Shown here: positions 29,501 to 39,106 of the stretch, piece by piece
How positions within the stretch are numbered: the first letter of the stretch is position 1
Layout: every line of letters starts with the position of its first letter
NCBI GenBank assembly: GCA_045568235.1
Contig: JBJLBJ010000021.1
Location: forward strand, 66,386 to 130,385
Length of the DNA: 64,000 nucleotides
Direction of reading: 5' to 3'
Origin: Candidatus Thalassarchaeaceae archaeon
Lineage (GTDB): Archaea > Thermoplasmatota > Poseidoniia > Poseidoniales > Thalassarchaeaceae
Translations under genes and position numbers: made by a program
Notes under the pieces: generated by a model
Databases searched by the model: none
The model's input: the letters and a program-made list of their open reading frames with translations, nothing else
Told to the model about the DNA's origin: nothing

Positions 29501-32500
29501 TTATTCTAATCTTATCCTCTTGGAACGGAATTTGGCTAATTTTGACTTCTGCCAATTTATTAATCTAAGTCCCATTAAACTCAAGAATGCCATACTCAAT
29601 ATACTGACAATATAAACTGAAGGTGGGAATGGTCTATTTTCATCTAAAGGCCACTTATCTTCAGTATCGAGAACGCCGTCTCCGTCATCATCAGGATCTT
29701 GGTAATTTGGAATCGTGTCATTATCAATATCTAAAAAGTCAGTATCCACATATACTGGGAGAACAGGTGCTGGTTCTTCTACAGCTCCTAAATTAGGATC
29801 TGCAATGCACCCAAGTAAATTACCAATTGCTAAGAGATGTGCAAAATTTTCGTCAGATGGATTTAAACCTGGAACGAAAATACACTGATCGGCATTATTT
29901 CCGACTGAATCGCCATCAGAATCCGCCCACTCAAGTGGGTCATTATCAAATAAATCGAAATTGTCTCCTATGTTATCTCCATCTGTATCATTCCACTCAG
30001 ATGGATCTAGTTCAAATGCATCAATTGAATCATTATATCCATCGTTATCATCATCTACATCTAAATTATTACCTAATGTATCTCCATCAGTATCTAGATA
30101 TTCAGAAGGATCTAATGGGAATGAATCTCCCAATAAATTACAATTATCCAATACTATATCATAGCTTGGATGACTATTAGTGAGATTAACTAAATCAGAA
30201 GGATAAATAAGTGGATAAGAGAGAGGGAGATATGCCAATACAGAAGGGTGATTTATTGGCACAGAAACTCCATTGAGATTTGTAATAATAACAGAACCTA
30301 TATCATGATTCTGACCATAATTTAGATCAGAATTATCCCTGAATGAAGTTCCCCCATTAGTATCACAAACCCCATCACCATCATCATCAGCATCAAAATT
30401 ATCTCCTAATTTATCACCATCATAATCTGCCCATTCATATTTATTATTTGGAAATGTATCAAAATTATCAGAACGCCCGTCATTATCGTCGTCGTTGTCA
30501 GTATTGTCGCCAATACCATCCGAATCAGTATCTGCCCATTCAAATTGGTTCAGAGGGAATAAATCTAATGGACGTAACTCGTATACGATATTTCCACTAG
30601 AATCAAGAACAGGTGCTAAGAAAGTATCATTCACTCCATCATTATCATCATCAGGATCTAGGTTGTCAGGTATATTATCTCCATCTGTGTCAGCAAAAAC
30701 TTCTGGGTCGAGAGGGTCATAATCATTCGCATCATCTACTCCATCTCCATCATCATCATTATCGACATAGTCTGGTATAAAGTCACCATCTGTATCTAAA
30801 ATACAATCTGTTAAAGAATTAGAGGCGAGTTCAATGGTTGAAGTTGATTCAGGACAGGCGATTTGGTCAGTTGCCTGATCTGAGTCAACATAGAATCCCT
30901 TTGCGGCAGGAAGACAGTTTGCTTGACCTATTATATTTGTATAATATCCAACTGTACACGAAGTCTGTTGTAGGGATGCAGTTTCTGGTGCGCTGAATCC
31001 TTTGGATGCTGAGATACAAGATGTTTGGCCAGAATCCGGTTGGTAAGTTCCCGGATCACAGGCCGTTTGAGTTCCTGAACCATGGTTTAAATCGATTAAA
31101 TCTGGAGAATTACTATCTAATAATCCACCATTACCTAATTGCCCATCTGAATTCATCCCCCAACAATATAATGTAGCATCATCAAGAACTGCGCAAGAAT
31201 GGCTATTCCCAACTGACAATGATATAGCAAACCTCCCAGGAGGAAGATTAACAGGTTCGGGATTATTTCTACTTATTAATGAAGAATCTCCAAGTTGACC
31301 TCGAGAGTTATCTCCCCAGCAAATTACATGACCATTATCCATCAGAGAACAAGTATGATGGAAGCCTGAACCAACATAAGAAGGTATATCTGATTCAGAT
31401 AATTGTATCAATAGAGGCGTATTAGAACTATATAATTCGGAATTACCTAATTGCCCTCCTGAATTGAAACCCCAGCAATAAATTGAATTATTAATTAATA
31501 TAGCACAAGTGTGGAAAGAACCACTTTCTAAAAATATGGTTTCATATTCAGATTCGAATAAAACACTAATAGGTTCTAAGTTTCTAATATTTGTACCATC
31601 TCCTAGTTGACCATGCCAATTATCACCCCAGCAACCTACTGAAAGGTTTTCTAAAATAGCACATGTATGATAAGATCCGGAAGATACTGAGATTGCTGTT
31701 TGCTCTCCTTGTAACGTAACAGACTTTGGAGTATTGCTGTCTATAGTAGTACCATCTCCTAGTTGGCCGTTGGAATTACTCCCCCAGCACTTTATAGTAT
31801 CATCATTCAAGAGGACGCATGAATGAGTTTGGCCCAATGAAATACTTTTTGCAAATTTGTCAACCCCTAGATTAACAAGAGTAGGAGTTGTTCTCTCGAT
31901 TAGAGTACCGTCTCCTATCTGGCCATTGGAATTACTTCCCCAACACCTGAGAGTTCCATCATCAAATATGGCACAAGTATGTTTGGCACCTGTTGATACC
32001 GAAACAGCAGATTTGCCCAAAGGAGTAGAAGCAAGAATAGGAGAAAGACTATTTGTCCTAGTTCCATCTCCTAGTTGACCATTTTCATTATCTCCCCAGC
32101 AGCGCACCGAGCCATCATCCAGTATTGAACATGAATGAGTATTTCCTGAATTTATTGAGTTAATTATTGGAACATTAAATCCTGCATCGGAGCCGATACA
32201 TGCCGAAGAGCTCTGTGAGCCAATATCTGGATTATATGTTCCTCCCGAACAAGCAATCTGGGAACTTGAACCTGGAGAATCTACATAATAACCAGGATTG
32301 GCATCGTTACATTTGTCCATACCAGATAATGGTTGAAATGTTCCAATGTTGCAAAGCTCTTGCGACGTAGCGCCATCACTAGAGACATAGTGTCCTGGGC
32401 TGGCAGGAATCTTGATTATACTACCAGGAGTATCTACATAAAAACCAACAGTTGCTGGCTGACAAGAATATCTTCCATATTCTCCAACGGCACAAGATAC

Positions 32501-35500
32501 TGCTATTGCAGGATTGTTATCATCTACATCTTGACCCGAAGTGACTCCATCGCCATCGCCATCTCCCGCTATATGAGTATCAAAGATATTTAACTGGGAA
32601 TCATCATCTAAGTCTCTTTCTGCCGCATTAATGTAGGACCAACGGGATATGGGCAAACTAGTCGGAGATGAGGACATGGAAATAGAACTACTTGAATCTC
32701 CCCCCCAGCAAGATAACAGATCATTATTCGTAGACGAACAAGTATAATTCTCGCCAGATGCGATAGTGATTGGGAAACGTGCGCCTGCAAAAGTAACTTG
32801 ATTTGGAGATATTTGATCCACTGTAGATCCAATGCCCAATTGACCTTCTGAATTATCTCCCCAGCAATTTAAAACATTAGAATTATCTAGCGAACAAGTA
32901 TGCATACTTCCTAAAGAAATTGAATTTGAGCCAGAAATTATGGATACTGGAGAATTGGAATCGGTATTTGTTCCATCACCTAATTGACCTTCTGAATTAT
33001 CTCCCCAGCATTTCAAACTTGTATCGGACAATATTGAACATGTATGTGAGTCTCCAGAAGAAATAGCAACAGGATTAGGGCTTAGCGATATTGTAACAGG
33101 AGTTAATCGGCCGATATTTGTTCCATCGCCTAATTGGCCTTCTGAATTATCTCCCCAGCATTTTAAGAGTGGATCATTGATTATTGCGCACGTATGATAT
33201 GCACCAGTAGAAATTGCTATTACTTTGCTTGAACCCAGATTTACACTAGAGGGTAGAGTAGAATCTGTAGTAGAGCCATCTCCAAGTTGTCCTTCTGAAT
33301 TATCTCCCCAGCACTTTATTGAAGCAGTAACTAAAACTACACAAGTATGTTTCAATCCGACAGATACAGAAATAGGGATTTCAGAACCTAAATCTACATC
33401 TACAGGCGTAGATGAATCGAATGTAGTACCATCGCCCAATTGACCTTCTGAATTATCTCCCCAACATTTCAAACTAGCATCATCAAGTATTGCGCAAGTA
33501 TGGCCTTGCCCTGCAGAAATAGAAATAGCGGTTCGACCGATGCCTAAATCCACTGCAGTCATCGTCTGACGCTGTACAGTAGTCCCATCACCCAACTGTC
33601 CTTTGTAATTATCTCCCCAACAACTCATTGAAGAATCATCAAGTATTGCACACACATGATCTGAGCCGACAGCAATTGTAGTCTCGGTGAATATTGATCC
33701 TTCTTGGAATCCAGCCTCTTCTAAGTTACCAGAAACTGGCTGACTCATGTCCATTAACATATAATTGCCACTAGTCGCTATGGAAAAATTTTGAGGCCCT
33801 TCAGGGACATTTGTGCCAGTAACTATTATCTCCCAATCTCCTGCATCTGGACTAGTAACTGTCATACCGAGTAGATTATTTGTGTCACCATTTTCTTCTC
33901 CCCAAACATTTCCAGAAGGATCTTTAAGTGTGAAATCTAAATCATTAACCAAACACTGAGTAGCACAAGATGTAACTGCAATATTTGGACTATCCGTCCA
34001 TGAAAGTACCACTCTAAATTCTGGAGTACCAATAGGTATCGTCAATCTCATAGATTTTGTTTCAGAGGTTTCAATATCTAGACGATCTATAAATGAGCTA
34101 TTAATTGCTTGAGATACATCTATCCTGCCCCATCCTTCATGGTTGTTCGGTATTGCTTGAGCAGCGGCATTGAGCGGGACTGACGACGTGGGATCGTATT
34201 GACCCGCCATATCTACAGACGTAGCAGAGAATATTCCCTTAATCAAAGCAGAACTAGGAGAAGGGTATCCAATGTTATTCAGGTACTGTATCAATTGGGC
34301 TGAGGCTCCTGCGACCATAGGAGTAGCCATTGAAGTTCCAGATTTGTAAGTGTAATCTCCATTTGAAGGAAGAGGAATATTGGGAGGATCGCTGATGTCA
34401 TCTTGTGAGTAAACTGAAATCATTCGAGTCCCGGGTGCAACTAAATCAGGCTTTATTCTACCATCTTGTGTAGGCCCTCTGTTTGAATTACACCAAACAC
34501 CTTCTATATTATTTGACTCATAATCACTTGTTATCGGCTCCTCAGGAAACTTGTCCCCATACATGCCACAGGTTACTCCCAAAGAAGGACGCCAATTTTC
34601 AGAAGCCCCAATTGCGAAACTATTTTTTGCGGTAGCTTGGAGTTGCAACCATGAAGTATCAACTTCTCCATTTGAATTTGAGTCTTTACCCTCATTACCC
34701 ATAGCAAAAAGGATTACAAGATCATCATATTGATAAGCTCCTTCATCAATTTGTTTACTGTATGAAGTATAATAATTAGGACCATATAGGTTGCCTTGAT
34801 AATTAAATGGGTTGAGGAATGGGTCTGTACCCCATGAGTTTGTTTGTACTCTTGCACCTGCTTCATATGCGGGACCAAAAAGTGTATTGATAATATCTCC
34901 AGGCGTTCGAAGTTCATTTCCGCTTGTACAAGGATTTTCATTATTCATCGCGTAAAACCACAGTTCGGCCTCATATGCCATTCCTTTGTATAGGCCCGCC
35001 GAATTATCTCCCGAACCTAAAGCAGTTCCTGCAACATGAGTACCATGTCCAGTAGGGTCATGAGGATCATCGTCGGGGCAAATATTATTGCGATCGGTTG
35101 ATGCTGAAATAATGGTTTTTATTCTACCTTGAAAATCGGCATTTATTGTTGGGTTTGCAGCATTGCATGTCTCTATAGAATCACATTCATTTGAATTATC
35201 TAAGCCCCCGTCTGCTATAGCTATTACCATACCATCGCCAGTTAGAGTATTCGCTGAACCGTCCATGAAAATTGAATCCCATAATAAATCAGAGTGGACT
35301 ACATCAGCAGCTTGATCGTCATAAGTTACATCTGGGTATGTGGGTTCAATCCACTCAACAAAGGATTGATGAGAAAGCCATTCAATTTGCTTCTCATCGG
35401 CCACAACAGAAGAATATATTCCAGAAAGCATAGTTACTTCAATTCCCTCAGAAAGTAAACTATTTCCTTCGTCATCTCCTGATAGTACTAAATTAATTAG

Positions 35501-36070
35501 ATATCTATCTTTGTCCATCAATTGACCAAAATTAACACCATTAAGTATTGGGATAATATCTGGAGCCAATTTGTCAGTATTATCTAGACGGAAAGCCCCT
35601 ATTACGCCATAATCTGATAGAATCATTGGAGATATCTTAGGAACATTACAATGGAAACCTTGAGGAGGAAGATATGAAAAACAATCTATGCCAATAGATT
35701 TCAGTTGCTCTTTCCAATCAGAGGGAACAGGATATTCATGAGCAAGAACATGCCACCCATTGATAATGGATTCATCGGTTATTTCTTCCCAATCATGAAT
35801 TGGGACATAATGGGCTGTTCTGTGAAACAGCCATGCCTCTCCCGCATCATCTTTGTCAAACCATCCATGAGACGGGTCAGAAGTATCTTGTAAGCCAATA
35901 ATGTGCTTTTCTGGCATGTATATCATTGATTCTTTAATTTTTGAATTTTGATTTTCTTCTTGTAGATTAGGATACTCGATAGATGTGGCTAATGTAAGTA
36001 TGGGAGGCACTAAAAGAATGAAAGTAATCAATAATGAGAGAGTGGATTTGGTCCTGCTCTCTCTACCCAT
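29501..36070 (-). CDS. Giant (2189 aa) surface protein. Domains in order: signal peptide, subtilisin-like S8 protease, RCC1-repeat propeller, Cys-rich linker, second RCC1 propeller, thrombospondin-type-3-like Ca-binding Asp repeats, C-terminal TM anchor.
   Basis: S8 triad contexts 'IADGGLD', 'HGTHVAGT', 'GTSMATPMVAG' (about 34.1-35.3 kb). About 14 'H(T/S)C.(I/L)..D....CWG.N..GQLGDG' repeats (about 32.69-33.69 and 31.09-32.15 kb). 'DTDGD..(G/P)D..D.DDDNDG' repeats (about 29.65-30.79 kb). TM 'VYIVSILSMAFLSLMGL' plus a basic tail. Confidence 0.9.
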   Translation of the reverse strand: MGRESRTKSTLSLLITFILLVPPILTLATSIEYPNLQEENQNSKIKESMIYMPEKHIIGLQDTSDPSHGWFDKDDAGEAWLFHRTAHYVPIHDWEEITDESIINGWHVLAHEYPVPSDWKEQLKSIGIDCFSYLPPQGFHCNVPKISPMILSDYGVIGAFRLDNTDKLAPDIIPILNGVNFGQLMDKDRYLINLVLSGDDEGNSLLSEGIEVTMLSGIYSSVVADEKQIEWLSHQSFVEWIEPTYPDVTYDDQAADVVHSDLLWDSIFMDGSANTLTGDGMVIAIADGGLDNSNECDSIETCNAANPTINADFQGRIKTIISASTDRNNICPDDDPHDPTGHGTHVAGTALGSGDNSAGLYKGMAYEAELWFYAMNNENPCTSGNELRTPGDIINTLFGPAYEAGARVQTNSWGTDPFLNPFNYQGNLYGPNYYTSYSKQIDEGAYQYDDLVILFAMGNEGKDSNSNGEVDTSWLQLQATAKNSFAIGASENWRPSLGVTCGMYGDKFPEEPITSDYESNNIEGVWCNSNRGPTQDGRIKPDLVAPGTRMISVYSQDDISDPPNIPLPSNGDYTYKSGTSMATPMVAGASAQLIQYLNNIGYPSPSSALIKGIFSATSVDMAGQYDPTSSVPLNAAAQAIPNNHEGWGRIDVSQAINSSFIDRLDIETSETKSMRLTIPIGTPEFRVVLSWTDSPNIAVTSCATQCLVNDLDFTLKDPSGNVWGEENGDTNNLLGMTVTSPDAGDWEIIVTGTNVPEGPQNFSIATSGNYMLMDMSQPVSGNLEEAGFQEGSIFTETTIAVGSDHVCAILDDSSMSCWGDNYKGQLGDGTTVQRQTMTAVDLGIGRTAISISAGQGHTCAILDDASLKCWGDNSEGQLGDGTTFDSSTPVDVDLGSEIPISVSVGLKHTCVVLVTASIKCWGDNSEGQLGDGSTTDSTLPSSVNLGSSKVIAISTGAYHTCAIINDPLLKCWGDNSEGQLGDGTNIGRLTPVTISLSPNPVAISSGDSHTCSILSDTSLKCWGDNSEGQLGDGTNTDSNSPVSIISGSNSISLGSMHTCSLDNSNVLNCWGDNSEGQLGIGSTVDQISPNQVTFAGARFPITIASGENYTCSSTNNDLLSCWGGDSSSSISMSSSPTSLPISRWSYINAAERDLDDDSQLNIFDTHIAGDGDGDGVTSGQDVDDNNPAIAVSCAVGEYGRYSCQPATVGFYVDTPGSIIKIPASPGHYVSSDGATSQELCNIGTFQPLSGMDKCNDANPGYYVDSPGSSSQIACSGGTYNPDIGSQSSSACIGSDAGFNVPIINSINSGNTHSCSILDDGSVRCWGDNENGQLGDGTRTNSLSPILASTPLGKSAVSVSTGAKHTCAIFDDGTLRCWGSNSNGQIGDGTLIERTTPTLVNLGVDKFAKSISLGQTHSCVLLNDDTIKCWGSNSNGQLGDGTTIDSNTPKSVTLQGEQTAISVSSGSYHTCAILENLSVGCWGDNWHGQLGDGTNIRNLEPISVLFESEYETIFLESGSFHTCAILINNSIYCWGFNSGGQLGNSELYSSNTPLLIQLSESDIPSYVGSGFHHTCSLMDNGHVICWGDNSRGQLGDSSLISRNNPEPVNLPPGRFAISLSVGNSHSCAVLDDATLYCWGMNSDGQLGNGGLLDSNSPDLIDLNHGSGTQTACDPGTYQPDSGQTSCISASKGFSAPETASLQQTSCTVGYYTNIIGQANCLPAAKGFYVDSDQATDQIACPESTSTIELASNSLTDCILDTDGDFIPDYVDNDDDGDGVDDANDYDPLDPEVFADTDGDNIPDNLDPDDDNDGVNDTFLAPVLDSSGNIVYELRPLDLFPLNQFEWADTDSDGIGDNTDNDDDNDGRSDNFDTFPNNKYEWADYDGDKLGDNFDADDDGDGVCDTNGGTSFRDNSDLNYGQNHDIGSVIITNLNGVSVPINHPSVLAYLPLSYPLIYPSDLVNLTNSHPSYDIVLDNCNLLGDSFPLDPSEYLDTDGDTLGNNLDVDDDNDGYNDSIDAFELDPSEWNDTDGDNIGDNFDLFDNDPLEWADSDGDSVGNNADQCIFVPGLNPSDENFAHLLAIGNLLGCIADPNLGAVEEPAPVLPVYVDTDFLDIDNDTIPNYQDPDDDGDGVLDTEDKWPLDENRPFPPSVYIVSILSMAFLSLMGLRLINWQKSKLAKFRSKRIRLE
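32844..33463. repeat. Five copies of the identical 20-nt core CCTTCTGAATTATCTCCCCA, spaced 144-153 nt apart (RCC1 blade period)
   Basis: Cores at 32844, 32988, 33138, 33291 and 33444, with extended similarity around each. They encode 'WGDNSEGQ' on the minus strand. Confidence 0.9.
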
Positions 36071-36195
36071 GTAACTCCTACGTAGTAGGAGGACATTAAA
36101 ATTACTGTTGAATTTATTTTTTTTAGTGATAATATTTTCAAATAGAGAAAAAAAAATATTTGCACGTTAGTAGTGCATTTAGGAGGCAATAATAT

Positions 36196-38376
36196 ATGTC
36201 TCGACTGTTACGGATAATCGTGAAAGAGGGCGAGGATTCTGAAACCTCTGAAAGAAAGATAGATTCTGAGTTGGAATATGAAAATGATTCAGAAAATATT
36301 GCTCTCAAAGAAAATGAGAATCAAGATATTGATAAAGAACTGAAAAAAATTCGAGATAGAAGATTGAATGCTGATAAAACATTTCTAGTAAACACGATTA
36401 GACCAAGAACTAGTGACGATTACACCTTAGTATTTGGCGTTCTTGTTGGAATTATGTTTTTTGGAGGTGTTTTTATTGCATCTTCGGGAATTGTTGCTTC
36501 GGATTCAATTGTAGTAGATAATACCCTATCAGGAACAATTTTGGATTCAGAAGATTGTATAGATAAAAGGGACGTGATGTATTTTGAAATATACTCAATT
36601 GATGAAAATGTAAGAATTAAGACCTATAATGTAAATCCTGAAAAAACTACAATAATGTCTGTGAAAATGCAAATTGACGAAAATAATACTGATAGATACT
36701 TTGGTGGACTTGGAAATCAAGAAGTTACTCTTTACTCAGAAAATATTGGAGATGGAAATTATAAACTAAATATGACGCTTTATATTTGGAATGAGAATGT
36801 TAATCTTTCACATTTGACAGAGGAACAATTATTGAATTACACAATACTTGGCAATCCTTCTGAAAATTTCTATAAAGAAGTTGAATTACATATGGAAAGT
36901 AGAATAACAAATGAGATTCCACTAATAAAATACATTACTATGGGGAAATATGGTAATTCTGAAATCCAAAAAATACCCGAAATTACTGATGAGGAAGATA
37001 GGGCTTGTATGTCAGTCCAACAATTGGGCATATGGGGATGGGCACTGATGGGATTAGAATGGGCAGGGGGAAGAGAAACTGCTATGCTGACAGGCGGAAG
37101 TGCAGGAGTACCTCCTTGGTGGTTAGCATCTGTTTCTCTGGGAATGTCAATATTTTTCTTGTGTGTTCAATATCCATTAATGCATAGGCTATATCATAGA
37201 GATGTGGATGATTTGCTATCGGCAAGGCAGATGAAAAGATTGATTCAAAGAACCGTACAAAAATCTGCTAAAGAATTACGAATAAAAATTGATCTAGAAG
37301 GGTTCAAGATACAAGATCGTAGTCTTTCGATTGATGCTTTAGTTCCCTATAAGACTAGCAGTAAAACCATAGTTGCACCCACAGAAGTAAAAACTAAGAT
37401 GATTACAGATATTCTAGAAGAGTTTGCAATATTTGGAGAAATGCGGCCAATACAATTAAAATCGGTTTGTATAGATAAAGCTGCTAGTGATGTAACAAAT
37501 ATTGTAATTGATTCAGAATTATTAGTGACTAATTTTGGAGAAATACCACTTTCTGAAGATTATGGTGATTTCTTTACATCGATAGGGAAATTTGGAAAAT
37601 TAGAAGAAGAATTTAGGCGTGTTATGAAACAATGGTTTAAGGGAAATAACTTGATTGATTATGGATCTGCAATAATGGTTGATAGTGATTCTGTTTTCAT
37701 TAGGATTATTTACAGGCCCCAACAGCGATTTGCATATTTCCTTTTCAAATCTAACTTCAATGAATTACAAAATGATTTATATAAATTATTAAGCAACAAA
37801 TTGGATGATTACATTGGTGAGAGATCTCTAATAGTTAGTGCTAGAAATGAAAAATCAACTTTAGCAGATTATGCGAATCCGGGCAGAGTTGAACAAGGAA
37901 GTGATGAGTTAACTGGAGAAGCTATGGTTGCTAAGAGAGGAGGCATCCCGGGAGCACTTTTGCAAAATCCTTTCATGGGAGATATACTTTCATCAGTGGA
38001 ATATGTAGCATTGAAAAACAGAAAGAGAATAGATAAATATGGTTTTTGGGGGTTAATCGTATTTGTATGGATACCATTCATGGCAAGTGGGGTATTGGTA
38101 GGAGCTATGCTTGGACTTGTAGCTCGAATGAGGTTTGAGAGAGTTTTGGCAGCTTGTTTATTTGGAGGAACAGCTGCATCGATAACTTGGGCTTACAGTG
38201 CTAAAGGAATCATAGAATTTATGGAAAAATACCATGCTGAAGCTTTTATTCCGTTCCTTATATTCTTAGTTTTTGCATTTACTATAATCCATTTAAGAAA
38301 TAATAAAAGGAGGAGAAGAGAAGAATTATTTAGAGATTCCATGGCATTTTTTGCAGGAAATACTGATTCAATTTGA
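36196..38376 (+). CDS. Large polytopic membrane protein of unknown function. The C-terminal TM bundle may relate to the small multidrug export (COG2426) family.
   Basis: 726 aa. Acidic N-terminus, a TM, a ~200-aa external domain, TM pairs, a ~300-aa soluble insert, and a C-terminal 'GFWGLIVFVWIPFMASGVLVGAMLGL'. A GGAGG motif lies 8-12 nt upstream of the ATG. Confidence 0.55.
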   Translation: MSRLLRIIVKEGEDSETSERKIDSELEYENDSENIALKENENQDIDKELKKIRDRRLNADKTFLVNTIRPRTSDDYTLVFGVLVGIMFFGGVFIASSGIVASDSIVVDNTLSGTILDSEDCIDKRDVMYFEIYSIDENVRIKTYNVNPEKTTIMSVKMQIDENNTDRYFGGLGNQEVTLYSENIGDGNYKLNMTLYIWNENVNLSHLTEEQLLNYTILGNPSENFYKEVELHMESRITNEIPLIKYITMGKYGNSEIQKIPEITDEEDRACMSVQQLGIWGWALMGLEWAGGRETAMLTGGSAGVPPWWLASVSLGMSIFFLCVQYPLMHRLYHRDVDDLLSARQMKRLIQRTVQKSAKELRIKIDLEGFKIQDRSLSIDALVPYKTSSKTIVAPTEVKTKMITDILEEFAIFGEMRPIQLKSVCIDKAASDVTNIVIDSELLVTNFGEIPLSEDYGDFFTSIGKFGKLEEEFRRVMKQWFKGNNLIDYGSAIMVDSDSVFIRIIYRPQQRFAYFLFKSNFNELQNDLYKLLSNKLDDYIGERSLIVSARNEKSTLADYANPGRVEQGSDELTGEAMVAKRGGIPGALLQNPFMGDILSSVEYVALKNRKRIDKYGFWGLIVFVWIPFMASGVLVGAMLGLVARMRFERVLAACLFGGTAASITWAYSAKGIIEFMEKYHAEAFIPFLIFLVFAFTIIHLRNNKRRRREELFRDSMAFFAGNTDSI

Positions 38377-38393
38377 AACTAAAGGGTGGAAAA

Positions 38394-39092
38394 ATGAGAA
38401 AATTATTACAAATGCAAAACTTGGAACGTCATTACAAAACACCTGCCGGAGTTGTTCGAGCACTTGATGGTGTGTCTTTTGAAATTTCAGAAGGTGAACG
38501 TGTCATACTCCTAGGCCCATCTGGTTCGGGAAAAACGACGCTTTTGAATTGTCTTTCAGCCCTTGACAGTCCTACTGGAGGAGACTATACATTCCTTGAC
38601 AACGAGGTTCCACGTAATAATTCCGAGAAAATGACTTCATTTAGGAGAGAAAATATAGGTTATGTATTTCAATTTTTTAATTTACTTCAGGATCTTACAG
38701 TTCTTGAAAATATACTATTGATTCAGGAATTAGCAGGTAATAAAAATCTCTCTCGGGCAAAGGAGTTATTGGAACTTGTCGGCCTTGAAGACGAAATAGA
38801 TCGTTTTCCGGGCGAGATTAGCGGCGGTCAGCAACAGCGAGTTGCTATTGCTCGTAGTATAGCAAAGCGACCTACGCTCTTGCTTGGTGATGAATTGACT
38901 GGAAACTTAGATACCGAAACTTCGAATAAAGTTATGGAAGTTTTAGTAGGGGCGTGTAAACAAGAAAATATTACTTCTGTTTTTGTTACTCATGATGAGG
39001 GATTAGTCAAGTATGCTACACGAGTTATTCGAATTGACAGTGGTAAAATAATTTCTGATGAAAAGATTAACATTTCAGAAGATGGTTTTTGA
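38394..39092 (+). CDS. ABC transporter ATP-binding protein, MacB/LolD/FtsE-like
   Basis: 'GPSGSGKTTLLN', 'FVFQFFNLL', 'ISGGQQQRVAIAR', 'LLLGDELTGNLD'. I prefer ATG at 38394 over the TTG at 38373 used in the ORF track. Confidence 0.85.
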   Translation: MRKLLQMQNLERHYKTPAGVVRALDGVSFEISEGERVILLGPSGSGKTTLLNCLSALDSPTGGDYTFLDNEVPRNNSEKMTSFRRENIGYVFQFFNLLQDLTVLENILLIQELAGNKNLSRAKELLELVGLEDEIDRFPGEISGGQQQRVAIARSIAKRPTLLLGDELTGNLDTETSNKVMEVLVGACKQENITSVFVTHDEGLVKYATRVIRIDSGKIISDEKINISEDGF

Positions 39093-39106
39093 TTGGAGGT
39101 TTTTGA

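Noticed and set aside
29320-36195. tRNA-Leu-associated integrated element carrying the giant gene
   Set aside because: There is no integrase or recombinase, no duplicated tRNA 3' segment, and no obvious composition change by eye.
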